Virus record (IMG/VR): IMGVR_UViG_3300012943_000690
Coordinates: 1 to 36,215 of that record
Length of the DNA: 36,215 nt
Source: a virus
Taxonomy: Duplodnaviria > Caudoviricetes
Direction: 5' to 3' (one strand)
Positions 25,216 through 35,186 of the stretch are shown here, piece by piece. The notes under the pieces are model-generated. The model had not been told where the DNA came from, ran no database searches, and saw only the letters and a list, made by a program, of their open reading frames with translations. Position numbers and translations under genes: made by a program. The number at the start of each line of letters is the position of its first letter. Positions within the stretch are counted from its first letter, which is position 1.

Positions 25216-25598
25216 GCCAGTGTGGTATCGATTGCGGTAGCTGCGGCCTACATGGCCTGCGTGCTGCGGATGAGCAGCCGCCAGATGATCGTGAATATTT
25301 CCTGGCGGACGGCGTTTTCATCAAGCAGATGTATATCAAGAAGGCGGGGACGATCATCCCGCAGCATTCGCACAAATATGACCACACTTCCATGCTGGCG
25401 ACGGGTTCAGTCCGCGTCTGGGCCGATGGTGTTCTTGTGGGTGATCGTGTTGCGCCGGTTGGCATCTTTATCAAAGCTGGTGTCAAGCACATGTTCCAAT
25501 CGCTCCAGGATGAGACAATCGTCTATTGCGTGCACCGGCTGCACGACACAGTCGAGGTAGAAGTGCTTGAGGAACATCACATCGTGGAGGCCGCATAA
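25212..25598 (+). CDS. Cupin-fold metal-binding protein
   Basis: DGVFIKQM...GTIIPQHSHKYDH.SMLATGSV...AP..I.IKAGVKH...YCVH. Confidence 0.8.
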   Translation: MSQCGIDCGSCGLHGLRAADEQPPDDREYFLADGVFIKQMYIKKAGTIIPQHSHKYDHTSMLATGSVRVWADGVLVGDRVAPVGIFIKAGVKHMFQSLQDETIVYCVHRLHDTVEVEVLEEHHIVEAA

Positions 25599-26305
25599 TG
25601 CCTTGGGCGGTTGCGGCGGGCGTTGTAGCGGCGGCGGGTGCTGTAGGTAGCGCAGTTCTCTCGTCTAATGCAGTGGACAAAGCTACGAAGACGACACAAC
25701 AGTCAGCCGATCAGGCGGTTGGCGAGGAGCGCCGCCAGTATGACCAGACCCGTACCGATCAAATGCCATGGCTTCAAACCGGGCATAATGCGTTGGATGC
25801 GCTCGCTGGCTTGTACGGCGTTTCAGCAGATGGAAATACGAACTCACCTGACTATTCGTCCTTCTACAAAAGCCCCGATTACGACTTCGCACAGAAGGAA
25901 GGTATTAAGGGTGTTGATGCAGGCGCAGCTTCGCGTGGCTCCCTGGACAGCGGGGCAACAAGAAAAGCGGAGATCGCCTATTCCTCGAATCTCGCGAAAT
26001 CGAATTTCGATAGCTACGCTAGCAGACTGGCCGGTCTCGCAGGTGTTGGGCAAAGCACTGCTACCAATCTAGGGAATGTTGGAGCCAATACGTCCGGTAA
26101 TATCTCCAACATAATTCAGTCAGCAGGCAATAACCGCGCCTCGTCATATCTCGCGCAAGGCAAGAGCTATGCAGATTCCATCGGCACGGCGGCGGGCGCA
26201 ATCGGTGGGGCGGCACTAAACTATGGAATGCGTAACCCAAGTTCCAGACCTGCCAACCTTGACCCGGTAACGGTTACACCGATCAACAGTCAATATTGGG
26301 GGTGA
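25598..26305 (+). CDS. DNA ejection protein (P22 gp7-like)
   Basis: Hydrophobic A/G N-terminus, QYDQTR.D..PW..G..AL, SPDY.F...G, AASRG...SG; position. Confidence 0.8.
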   Translation: MPWAVAAGVVAAAGAVGSAVLSSNAVDKATKTTQQSADQAVGEERRQYDQTRTDQMPWLQTGHNALDALAGLYGVSADGNTNSPDYSSFYKSPDYDFAQKEGIKGVDAGAASRGSLDSGATRKAEIAYSSNLAKSNFDSYASRLAGLAGVGQSTATNLGNVGANTSGNISNIIQSAGNNRASSYLAQGKSYADSIGTAAGAIGGAALNYGMRNPSSRPANLDPVTVTPINSQYWG

Positions 26306-26308
26306 CCC

Positions 26309-27898
26309 ATGCCAACAACTGCTGAATATCTTGCCGCACAACCGAACTTCCTGGAGTCGTTCAAGAATGGCGCGAGCTATGCCGACAGCCTTTTTGATAA
26401 GGCTGCGACGTTGCAATCTGGCCGCCAATTCGCGCAAGGGGACTACAAGGGATCGGCGGCAACTCTGGCCAACAATGGCGATATTAAAACAGCTGCCGCC
26501 GTCGAAGATATGGGCGCAAAGAAGGTTCAGACACGCTACGAATACCTCCAGCGTGCCGCGCCCGTGCTTCAGCAGATCTTTGCCAAAGGTGGCCCACAGG
26601 CCGTTACCGGCGCATTTGAACAGCTTGCGCCAGAGCTCAAAGGGCTTGGGCTGGATGACGCCACTATCGAACACACGCGACAGGGCCTGGCGACAAATCC
26701 TGATGCGACGCTCCAGGCACTCGGCGCAATGGCGCAGAAGAAGCTCAAATTCCAACCGGACGGCAGCGGCGGCGTGTATGTTTTTGACGAGGCTACAGGC
26801 CAGGTCGTTTCGCACCAGCAGGGCGAGAAATACATCACGGTCGGGGCCGGGCAATCGGTTTACAAAACAGGCGGCGATCCGGGGTCACCTCCCCCGGAAG
26901 GCGCCCCTGTAGGCGGGGCCGCAGCGCCGGGCGAGCAACCATCAGCGCCAACGAGCAGCGTGGCTCCGCCGCAGACACAGGCCCCAGGTCTGCAACTTGT
27001 GGCAGGCGGTGGCGGCCCAGTGTGGCGCGCGCCAAACGCTCAAGAGATGCAACAGTATCCCGGCGCTCGGCAGATCAATGCCTCAACTGGCGAGGTTCGG
27101 TTCGCGCCCCATGTTGGCGGGGGTGGCAATAGCACTGATGCGACCTCACCAGCAGAAGTGGCGGCAATTGACCCTAACAGCCATGCGATCACGGCCCAGA
27201 CTGGTCTTAGTGTTCCCGCATTTCTGGTCCTGACGGGTGAAGCCTCAAAGCTGCCGCGCGACAAGGTAACGAGGAATAAAGCGTTTAAAGAGGCGCAGGA
27301 TTTCGCAAACACGAAGGGCGTCGATATTTCAACGCTCGCCAGCCAGTACAAGGCTTACAAGGACACGCTGGAATCGAACATCGAGCGCAACAATCAGACG
27401 AAGGTTATGGAAGACGAGCTTGTCGGCACAATCGACAATCTCAGGCCCGTTGCAGATGCTGCGGCGATGGGGAGTTTGCGGGTTGCGAACGTGGCGAAAT
27501 TGTTTGCCGGCCAAGAGTTCAGCGATCCTATCGTTTCACAATATAGCTTCCATCTCCAGCAATTGCGCACCGAACTTGCTGCATACAGCGCGGCCACGCA
27601 GGGCCGGAAAGGCAGCGGCATCACTGTGCAGGACTATGCCGAAGCGGAACGCGTGATTAAGAACGGCCTTTCGAGCAAACAGGCGGATGGGCTTCAAAAG
27701 GCGGTTGGGGACGCCACACATAAGATGGACGCCGTGATGAAGCGCAACATCTATCTATCCAATAAGGCGGTGTGGGGGCTATTCGGCGTGGGCGATAATT
27801 ACGACCGTGTGAATGGAGGCGCGCCGAGTGGGCGGGTCAATGCGCCGAAATCCACACCCGCTGACGTTTCCGCACTGCTTAAGAAATACGGCCACTAA
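26309..27898 (+). CDS. DNA ejection protein (gp20 position)
   Basis: 529-aa helical A/G/Q-rich protein after the gp7-like gene. Confidence 0.65.
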   Translation: MPTTAEYLAAQPNFLESFKNGASYADSLFDKAATLQSGRQFAQGDYKGSAATLANNGDIKTAAAVEDMGAKKVQTRYEYLQRAAPVLQQIFAKGGPQAVTGAFEQLAPELKGLGLDDATIEHTRQGLATNPDATLQALGAMAQKKLKFQPDGSGGVYVFDEATGQVVSHQQGEKYITVGAGQSVYKTGGDPGSPPPEGAPVGGAAAPGEQPSAPTSSVAPPQTQAPGLQLVAGGGGPVWRAPNAQEMQQYPGARQINASTGEVRFAPHVGGGGNSTDATSPAEVAAIDPNSHAITAQTGLSVPAFLVLTGEASKLPRDKVTRNKAFKEAQDFANTKGVDISTLASQYKAYKDTLESNIERNNQTKVMEDELVGTIDNLRPVADAAAMGSLRVANVAKLFAGQEFSDPIVSQYSFHLQQLRTELAAYSAATQGRKGSGITVQDYAEAERVIKNGLSSKQADGLQKAVGDATHKMDAVMKRNIYLSNKAVWGLFGVGDNYDRVNGGAPSGRVNAPKSTPADVSALLKKYGH

Positions 27899-30007
27899 AT
27901 GAACGATCTCGACAAACTCTACGATGCGCTGCGCCAAGCGGATGCGGCGGGGAATGTGGAGGATGCTAAGGCGCTGGCCCAGGCTATTCAGGCGCAGATG
28001 GGCGGAGTGTCTGAAACCTCTCCGGCAGCACCGACGCCTGAGCCGCGCACAAGTCAGGGCCTTGGATTTTACCAGGGCGCGATCAAGGCGCCGGATAACA
28101 TTGCGTCCGGCGTTGAAAAGGTTTTATCGGCTCCTGCGCCGGATGGTCCTTTCCATGTGCCCAGTGCCGGAAATCTTATCGCCAAGGGCCTAAATTACGT
28201 TGGTGATAAACTTGGTCTCCCTAGCGCCGCGCAAGCAAAACAGAGTCATGCTGATTACATCGCCGCCCAGGCGAAGAAGGGCGTAGTGCCCGGCGCATTG
28301 GGGAATTTCGCCGGAGAGGTAGCAGGAACATTGCCTCTCATGGCGATGGCTCCCGGTGCACTCGCTGGCGGCGCTCTGGCTGGCGCGTCATTGTCGGACG
28401 CGGAAACTCCGATGGGAGTGATCGGTGATGCGGCATTGGGAGCGGCGGGAGGTAAGTTAGGCGAGCTTGCGGTCACAGGTGCGAGTCGTCTTGCGAAGCC
28501 AGTGTTTCGGGCTGCGGGCCGCAAAATTGTTGAATATTCTACACCTGCTGCAGATCGCGGGACGCAATATGTTGCAAACCTCATTTCAGCGTCAGGTAGA
28601 TCACCAACTGAGATTGCCTCGACGCTCTCAGCGGGGAAGCCTTTCACGGTAGCGGAAGCGATTGGTCGCCCCGGCATAACCGGGCTCGCATCATTGGGCA
28701 GGCGATCCGGGCAAACGCCAGACGCCTTGGAGGGTGCCCTCACAGCGCGCGCGGCTGGGATGCCAAGCCGGGTGATGGGGGATTTTGCAGAAACTCTCGG
28801 CGTGTCTCCTGCCGCTGCAAAGGGCGATATTGATGCGGTTGTTAAGGCCGCGCAGTCCAAAGCAACTCCACTGTACGAAGAGGCGTACAAGGCAAACACA
28901 AATATTGCTTCTCCTGAAATTGACAGGGTGTTGAGCACTCCGGCCGGAAAGGCTGCCCTTCGAAAAGCTCGCGACCTTATGCAGAACGATATGACACTAC
29001 TGGGCGCTCGAGACCCGGAACTGCTCGCGCAAGTAAGGGAGTCCGGGCAGGCTCTTCCGTGGAAAGGTGGCGTAGCATCGGGGCTCAAGCTGCGGACATA
29101 CGATTATGTCAAGCGCGCACTTGACGATCAGATAAGTGCAGCCTTCAGGGGTGGCAATAAATCCGAGGGAGCGATCCTCTCTGGCCTAAAGTCACGCTTG
29201 GTCAAAGCTCTAGACAATGCCGATGTGACTGGGCGCGCTGGGCCAAATTCACTGAAGCCTGAGGGTGGTGCATACGCCCGTGCCCGCAAGTCGGCTGGGG
29301 ACTACCTCCGCGTACAAGAGCAATTCCAGAATGGTCAGACGGTCATTTTCAACCATAATGTCAGCGCGCGTGACCTCGCGGCTGACGTTTCGAAACTTGG
29401 TGATGCCGAAATAGACGCGCTGAAGGGTGGTGTGGCAAACCGCATATTCTCCATCGCGCAAAGCGGTCGGTTGCGTCCAGGGATGCTCTCTGTGCCGGTT
29501 GTCCGAGATAAATTGACGGCTCTCTTTGGCCGGGACAAGGCTGTGTCGTTTATCTCTAGAGTCGAGCAGGAGGCAAATATGGCTCGTGCAGGGGCGAGGA
29601 TGATGCCTGGCGCAGGCTCGGCCACAAGCGAACTTGAGCAGGCAGCCATTGAGCAGAATGACCAGCGGGTGCTCGATGTGGCGCGTAGCGCTATTGGGGC
29701 GGGTCATCATTTGGTGGGAGGGAATCCGCTTGGTGCCATAAGCCGCGGCATGGACGCGGTACGGGCTCACGTCGGTGCGGGCGGAAGGATGCCCGTGGAG
29801 GCACGTGACCAAGCTGGACGCTTACTCATGATGTCACCACAGGATTTCTCGCGCTCTGGAAACCACGATATAAAGCGGGTGATTGATAGATCGCTCTTAG
29901 CGGACCAGCGAGCGACCTATGCGGCCCAATTGCTGTCCCGCGCGAAAACACCAGTGAAAATAGCAGGCCCTGCGGCGCTCCTTGAGGCGCAGTCTCAGGG
30001 GCGCTGA
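27899..30007 (+). CDS. DNA ejection protein (gp16 position)
   Basis: 702 aa; ALRQADAAGNVEDAKALA start; PLYEEAY, DYVKRALDD, YARAR motifs. Confidence 0.7.
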   Translation: MNDLDKLYDALRQADAAGNVEDAKALAQAIQAQMGGVSETSPAAPTPEPRTSQGLGFYQGAIKAPDNIASGVEKVLSAPAPDGPFHVPSAGNLIAKGLNYVGDKLGLPSAAQAKQSHADYIAAQAKKGVVPGALGNFAGEVAGTLPLMAMAPGALAGGALAGASLSDAETPMGVIGDAALGAAGGKLGELAVTGASRLAKPVFRAAGRKIVEYSTPAADRGTQYVANLISASGRSPTEIASTLSAGKPFTVAEAIGRPGITGLASLGRRSGQTPDALEGALTARAAGMPSRVMGDFAETLGVSPAAAKGDIDAVVKAAQSKATPLYEEAYKANTNIASPEIDRVLSTPAGKAALRKARDLMQNDMTLLGARDPELLAQVRESGQALPWKGGVASGLKLRTYDYVKRALDDQISAAFRGGNKSEGAILSGLKSRLVKALDNADVTGRAGPNSLKPEGGAYARARKSAGDYLRVQEQFQNGQTVIFNHNVSARDLAADVSKLGDAEIDALKGGVANRIFSIAQSGRLRPGMLSVPVVRDKLTALFGRDKAVSFISRVEQEANMARAGARMMPGAGSATSELEQAAIEQNDQRVLDVARSAIGAGHHLVGGNPLGAISRGMDAVRAHVGAGGRMPVEARDQAGRLLMMSPQDFSRSGNHDIKRVIDRSLLADQRATYAAQLLSRAKTPVKIAGPAALLEAQSQGR

Positions 30008-30106
30008 TTTGCGCCAACCTTCAAGCACCAACCACCCGACGAGAGGGACGCCAACCTTCTCGATGTAATTACTCATGCTCAACGCCTTGGTTAACAGGAA
30101 CACGAA

Positions 30107-30907
30107 ATGACAGCAGGACGCCTAATCCTCGATATGCCGAACCCGGCTGTTGATCGGAACGGCAGGCCCTACTCGAAGGCCAAGCTGTTCTTCTATCAGC
30201 AGGGCACAACCATTTTACAGGATGTGTTCACAGATGCCACCCTAACCACGCCTTTGGTTAATCCCGTCGTGTCTGACAGCGCGGGTCGCTTTGCCGAGGT
30301 GTGGGGCGATGCATCCGATACCTACGACGTTAAATGGACGGACGCGAACAACGCAACGATCTATACGTTTGAAGATATTCAACCGCTTTCAACCTCGCCC
30401 ATATCCGCAGACGGGGAGGGCGTAAACGCTCCGGCCTTCCGGGAAGAATTGGGGTTGGGGACAGCATCGCAAGCTGACACCGGCACTAGCGGGCATACGC
30501 TTGGCTTCCTCGATACAGCCTGTCTGCATTCTGGCATCGACAATTATCAGAACGGCTTGCAAGTAGGCGGGATGGATGCGGGACTAAAAAACATCCCGCC
30601 GAATACGCAAGATGCCGCCTACACATTTCAATTGAGCGATGTTGGTGGCGGCGTCTATCACACATCTAACTCCGCACATACATGGACGATCCCTCCGAAC
30701 AGCACCACTCCATTCCAACAAGGTGACGCAATCTATCTGCGCAGCACGGGAAACGGCACACTCACCATTGCGAGGGGGACTGGCGTTGCACTTCGTAAGG
30801 CTGGCACATCAACGAGTTCGAACGCTTCCATTTCTAGTTATGGCGCAGCAACGCTAATTTACGACGGCCTGGATTCATGGTGCATCATGGGCTCTGGTGT
30901 ATCGTGA
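30107..30907 (+). CDS. Tail fibre/adaptor with virion-binding N-domain
   Basis: DRNGRP...KLFFYQQGTT....VFTD......NPVVSDSAGR resembles podovirus tailspike attachment domains; beta-rich C-domain. Confidence 0.75.
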   Translation: MTAGRLILDMPNPAVDRNGRPYSKAKLFFYQQGTTILQDVFTDATLTTPLVNPVVSDSAGRFAEVWGDASDTYDVKWTDANNATIYTFEDIQPLSTSPISADGEGVNAPAFREELGLGTASQADTGTSGHTLGFLDTACLHSGIDNYQNGLQVGGMDAGLKNIPPNTQDAAYTFQLSDVGGGVYHTSNSAHTWTIPPNSTTPFQQGDAIYLRSTGNGTLTIARGTGVALRKAGTSTSSNASISSYGAATLIYDGLDSWCIMGSGVS

Positions 30908-31251
30908 CGGGCATCATGCAAGCGTTGATCGCGGCGTGCCCTTCGATAGACGCCACGTTCCCAGTAAGCGTCAACCCTGGGTATATAGAGTCTGGCACTG
31001 ACACAGTAGGCCCGCTAACAGCCACACCAGGTGGTGGAACGCCGCCCTATACATATCAGTGGACAGCTCAAACCTTTGTTGGGATGCCAGTTCAAATACT
31101 CTCGCCCACATCAGACACGACGCAATTCAAGGCGCTTGCCCCTCCTCTGGGGTACTACAATTGCACGCCCAGATGCGCCGTCACGGATGCGGAAGGGTTA
31201 GTTGGATACGGCTTCGCACTTATATTTTTCTACGGCTCAGCACCAGGCTGA
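30904..31251 (+). CDS. Putative tail fibre-associated Ig-like protein
   Basis: GTGA coupling; GGTPPYTYQW motif. Confidence 0.6.
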   Translation: MTGIMQALIAACPSIDATFPVSVNPGYIESGTDTVGPLTATPGGGTPPYTYQWTAQTFVGMPVQILSPTSDTTQFKALAPPLGYYNCTPRCAVTDAEGLVGYGFALIFFYGSAPG

Positions 31252-31262
31252 TTAGGAGCATC

Positions 31263-33236
31263 ATGAGCGTGATCGTAAACGTGCCCGGCCTTAACATGCC
31301 GGTGTTCGATAATAATGGCGCGTGGGTCGCCGCTGCCGTGAGGGCTGAGCCAGACGGTACAGAGGGATTCGGAGAGGCCATTCTTGTGTCGGCGCTCGGA
31401 CTGGGGCACTTCTCCGGTCATAGCAACGCTGTTGCGATATTCAGTGGTGGCGGCGAATGGCTATTCCTCTCTCCCAAAGAGGGACAGCAGTGCTACGTCA
31501 AGGATACCAACGTCACGTATGAATTTGATGGGACTTCTTGGAACGCGATTCCAACCATACCGAGTATACAAACCGACATTGATGTTCTGCGGGCCGATGT
31601 CACCGACACGCAGACTAGCGTCCAAGAAAATACGGCGGCTATAGTTAGCCTTGATGCATCTTATGCCGGGTCTGGAAAGATTTATCCAGACACCGCAACG
31701 GGGATTGCAAATACAAGCGGGACGGGTGCAGCCAATAGATATTTTGCCGTCCCGGGCGTTTATTCAAACGGCTTTCTAACCCTCTACCGGAATGATGCTG
31801 GTGAGGCGGTTGAGACCGCGACCGGCATTGGCGACACATATGTTAGCGTAGCAGGCGAGGAAGCGGGGCACCCCCTCGAATGGGTGATGGGCGGAAAGCT
31901 CGCGGTCTATGTCGATCTTGATGGGTATTTTACGCCTTGGAGATTTCGCGCACCGCTTCAATCAATTGACCGCGCGTCCCTTACAGATGAGGTAACAAGC
32001 AAGCTTCTGGGTGCATCGGTTGGTGGGTCGTTTGCCGAGGTAACGGAAGAGCAGGGATGCCTCTACCCATTTTATGTCGGCGATCAATTGGTGCTCGGCT
32101 TGCCTTTTGGCAGCAACGTATGGCTCGGCAAGATAGAGCGCTCTGGGGTGGCTGACCGCTCCTTGGTGAGCGGTGCGGGCCTGCTCACCGACGACGCACT
32201 GATTGACCAGGTGCTCGATGAAGATGGGAAGTATCAACTGCGCAGCATCGCGAAGGCGGGCGGTAAATATGTGCAACTTACTGACGAAGGTAATAACACC
32301 GCGCCGACGCTGACAGATAATGGCCGATTGCTGTTCGTGTCCGATGAGTCTGGTGCGCCTGTCACGCGTGTTATGGAGGTTGCTGGTGGTCCATCCTATC
32401 CCGCAGTCTCCATCCCGAATATTCTGGCAGCGGGCGATAGCCTGACCTACGGCGCTGGTGGCGAGCCATACACCACAGCGCTATCCGCCAACACGGGCCT
32501 CCCGGTCATCAACGACGGGTGGCCGTCTCAAACGTCTGAGCAAATCCTCTGCCGCTATATCGGCACGACGCTGACAGTGAGCGGCGACGAAATCCCTACA
32601 TCTGGTCCTGTAGACGTAACAGCCATTGCAGTCACGATCCTGTACATCAACGGCGACCCGGAGCGCAGCATCCCCGGCACAGTGGCCGGTGTGCATGGCA
32701 CATTGGCAGTAGATACGAGTGGCGACTATACCTTCACACGCACCGCCGACGGCTCCGCTGTTTCTTGCCCGCCGAACAGCAGCTTTATCCCAGATGCACG
32801 CGACTACGATACAATGACGCTTGTAGCTTGGCCGGGCCGTAATGATGGCTGGACGAGCGGCACGCCTGGCACGACGCTGCTCGCGCGCGTGGTGACCTTG
32901 TTTGATTGGTTTAAGCCGATTGCAAAGAAGTATCTACTGCTCGGAGTCGTCACGGCATCGACCGATGATAGTGGCACCAAGGGTCGGATCACCGCCTATA
33001 ACACGTCCGCCGCTGCGCTCTATGGCGACAACTTCATCGACGTTCTGGGCTATCTCACCGATGAAACGTGGCTCACGGCTCGTGGTGTGTCCCTCGACAG
33101 CGACGATCTCACCGACATTACGGCGGGCGTACCACCCCGCAGTATTCGCAGCGATGTGCTGCATGGAACATCAACCTATTACGCACTGATCGAATACCTC
33201 GTGCAGGAGCGTATGCAATCCATGGGGTGGATTTAA
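31263..33236 (+). CDS. Tail appendage with DUF2793-like N-domain and SGNH/GDSL esterase
   Basis: AGGAG RBS; W.FLSPKEG...Y.FDGTSW; blocks GDSLT, GWPSQTS, GRND, DVLH. Confidence 0.82.
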   Translation: MSVIVNVPGLNMPVFDNNGAWVAAAVRAEPDGTEGFGEAILVSALGLGHFSGHSNAVAIFSGGGEWLFLSPKEGQQCYVKDTNVTYEFDGTSWNAIPTIPSIQTDIDVLRADVTDTQTSVQENTAAIVSLDASYAGSGKIYPDTATGIANTSGTGAANRYFAVPGVYSNGFLTLYRNDAGEAVETATGIGDTYVSVAGEEAGHPLEWVMGGKLAVYVDLDGYFTPWRFRAPLQSIDRASLTDEVTSKLLGASVGGSFAEVTEEQGCLYPFYVGDQLVLGLPFGSNVWLGKIERSGVADRSLVSGAGLLTDDALIDQVLDEDGKYQLRSIAKAGGKYVQLTDEGNNTAPTLTDNGRLLFVSDESGAPVTRVMEVAGGPSYPAVSIPNILAAGDSLTYGAGGEPYTTALSANTGLPVINDGWPSQTSEQILCRYIGTTLTVSGDEIPTSGPVDVTAIAVTILYINGDPERSIPGTVAGVHGTLAVDTSGDYTFTRTADGSAVSCPPNSSFIPDARDYDTMTLVAWPGRNDGWTSGTPGTTLLARVVTLFDWFKPIAKKYLLLGVVTASTDDSGTKGRITAYNTSAAALYGDNFIDVLGYLTDETWLTARGVSLDSDDLTDITAGVPPRSIRSDVLHGTSTYYALIEYLVQERMQSMGWI

Positions 33237-34126
33237 TGTCCAGTTTCCTTGCCTTTAATGCAGATGTAAACGCGCCGGTCGATCCTGATATGCCGGTTCG
33301 TGAGGCGGATTGGATGCTCAATGACGGCTCGTTGATGCTGATCGACCCAGCCCATTCTGCCGATCCGTGGGCCGCAGGGGTCCCTTCGGCTGGTGCCGTC
33401 AAAAACATCGCGCTCGCCAAAGCGCAAGCGTTGATCGGCTCCGGCGATGCTTCGACGCTTGGGGCGGCGTGGTCATTTAACAGCAACATTACTGGAGACG
33501 TGGGTAAGATCGAGCGCACCAGCAAGGGCGGGTTGCATGTCATTTGCTCGCAGACAGCATTCCCCGGCTATAACGCAAGGTTCGCGCTTCCTGCGCTCAT
33601 CAAGCAATATATGATCGATAACGCCGATCACAAATTCTATGTGGACTTCTGGTATCGGGTGACGCGACAGGCCCTCAACGCATCGCTGAACCCCAATTCC
33701 AGGCCGCCAAAAGTGCTGCTGACAAACTCTGTCAGCGCAGTGAACAATCACCTTATTTTTCTGAACAATTCTGGCTTTTACCCGACCGGATCAAAGCTGA
33801 TCGGGAGCCAGTTGGTGCCGGGCCCGGATACGATGGGCAATTGCATTGCGTCGATAGGGGTGGACGGGTGGACCGGGACTGTGGCTGCCAATGCGGCGGC
33901 AATGGTTGGTGACATCGGTTGGGGCGGGCTAACCGGCTACTCCGGCGCGAGCTGGTCCGCGCTTTATGGTAGCCACATCTTCTACCGCTTCTACCTCGAA
34001 GATCTGACCGTATCTGGCCTCACCTATGAGGAGCGCGCTGTACGGTCATGCCGTCAATGGCAATTCGCGATGACACAGGGCCGCTATTACGGCGATACCT
34101 TTACCGATCCGGCGACGATCCCGTGA
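33236..34126 (+). CDS. Tail-associated protein coupled to the SGNH spike
   Basis: TAATG overlap; ERTSKGGLHVI and YRFYLEDLTVSG...GRYYGDTFTDP motifs. Confidence 0.7.
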   Translation: MSSFLAFNADVNAPVDPDMPVREADWMLNDGSLMLIDPAHSADPWAAGVPSAGAVKNIALAKAQALIGSGDASTLGAAWSFNSNITGDVGKIERTSKGGLHVICSQTAFPGYNARFALPALIKQYMIDNADHKFYVDFWYRVTRQALNASLNPNSRPPKVLLTNSVSAVNNHLIFLNNSGFYPTGSKLIGSQLVPGPDTMGNCIASIGVDGWTGTVAANAAAMVGDIGWGGLTGYSGASWSALYGSHIFYRFYLEDLTVSGLTYEERAVRSCRQWQFAMTQGRYYGDTFTDPATIP

Positions 34127-34545
34127 GCCCGCGCTCTGTTCGCAACAATAACCCATGCAACATTGAACGCGGCCAACCGTGGGCCGGGCAGATGGCTGCC
34201 AAAGATATGTCAGCGGCGCAGATGGCAGAACCACGTTTCTGCGTGTTCAGATCGCCGGAGTGGGGTTTCCGAGCGGCGTTCAAGCTGCTTCAAACCTATC
34301 GCAGGTCTTATGGTCTGGATACGCCGTCTAAGATTGTCTCGCGCTTTGCGCCGTCCACCGAGAACAACACCTTCGCCTATTCAATGGCCGTGGCTAATGC
34401 CTTAGGCATAGGTGACGGCGACATATTCCCCCCCACGCGTACCAACTACTTCGCGGTCATCAAAGCCATGGCAACGCATGAAACGGGCGGGTGGTCGCCC
34501 TATTGGAATGATCGCCAGCTTCGCGATGGGATGTCGCTGCTCTGA
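34123..34545 (+). CDS. Putative endolysin (RNNNPxNI lysozyme-like family)
   Basis: RSVRNNNPCNI..F.SPEWGFRA...FAPSTENNT.AY...HETG; located ahead of holin and spanins. Confidence 0.75.
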   Translation: MSPRSVRNNNPCNIERGQPWAGQMAAKDMSAAQMAEPRFCVFRSPEWGFRAAFKLLQTYRRSYGLDTPSKIVSRFAPSTENNTFAYSMAVANALGIGDGDIFPPTRTNYFAVIKAMATHETGGWSPYWNDRQLRDGMSLL

Positions 34546-34585
34546 TGGTGCTTACGCTCAATCCATAAAATCTCGGAGAATTTCG

Positions 34586-34795
34586 ATGCGGTTGGTTGAA
34601 GACGCAAAGCGCGCGTGGCGCTGGCTGTCGGTCCAGGCGATGGCGTTGGCGATTGTCATCCTCGGATCGTGGATCGCAATGCCGGATGATCTTCGCAGCG
34701 CTATTCCGACATGGGCGGGGGCCATCGTGGCGATCACCATTTTGGTCCTCGGTATTGTTGGCCGGTTGGTGAAACAGGAAGTGAAGGGTCCGTAG
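34586..34795 (+). CDS. Putative holin
   Basis: GGAG RBS; MRLVEDAKRAWRWLSVQ, two TM helices, GRLVKQ end. Confidence 0.75.
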   Translation: MRLVEDAKRAWRWLSVQAMALAIVILGSWIAMPDDLRSAIPTWAGAIVAITILVLGIVGRLVKQEVKGP

Positions 34796-34796
34796 G

Positions 34797-35186
34797 ATGC
34801 TCACAGACAAAATCCTCGCCTACGCGGCTGGTGCCGGTTGCTTGGTGCTCGCTATAGCATTGGCCGCTGCCATGCTGTTTTACACCGGCAAGGTGCGTGG
34901 TCTCGAAAACGCAATCGACAATCCGACCACTGGCTATAAGGTGCAGCTTGCGGCGGCGAGCGCCAATGCTCTGACCCTCAAAGGTGGGCTCGATCAGTGC
35001 AACGCAGGCGTGGCCGCCCATGCGAGCGAACAGGCCGCCACCGATAAGCGGCTGGCCGACGCTGCTGCCGCCATGCAGCCGGTGCTCGAGAAGTTGCAGA
35101 AATCGAACGCCGCGATCATGGCCACCAAGAGTGGGCCAGATATCTGCAAATCCGCTAACAGCCTAATCATGGAGCAAGTGCGATGA
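34797..35186 (+). CDS. Inner-membrane spanin (Rz-like)
   Basis: N-terminal TM followed by a coiled coil; position. Confidence 0.7.
   Translation: MLTDKILAYAAGAGCLVLAIALAAAMLFYTGKVRGLENAIDNPTTGYKVQLAAASANALTLKGGLDQCNAGVAAHASEQAATDKRLADAAAAMQPVLEKLQKSNAAIMATKSGPDICKSANSLIMEQVR

Noticed and set aside
29897-30103. Small minus-strand ORF after the gp16-like gene (moron slot)
   Set aside because: Mostly overlaps the ejection gene, with no convincing RBS or motif
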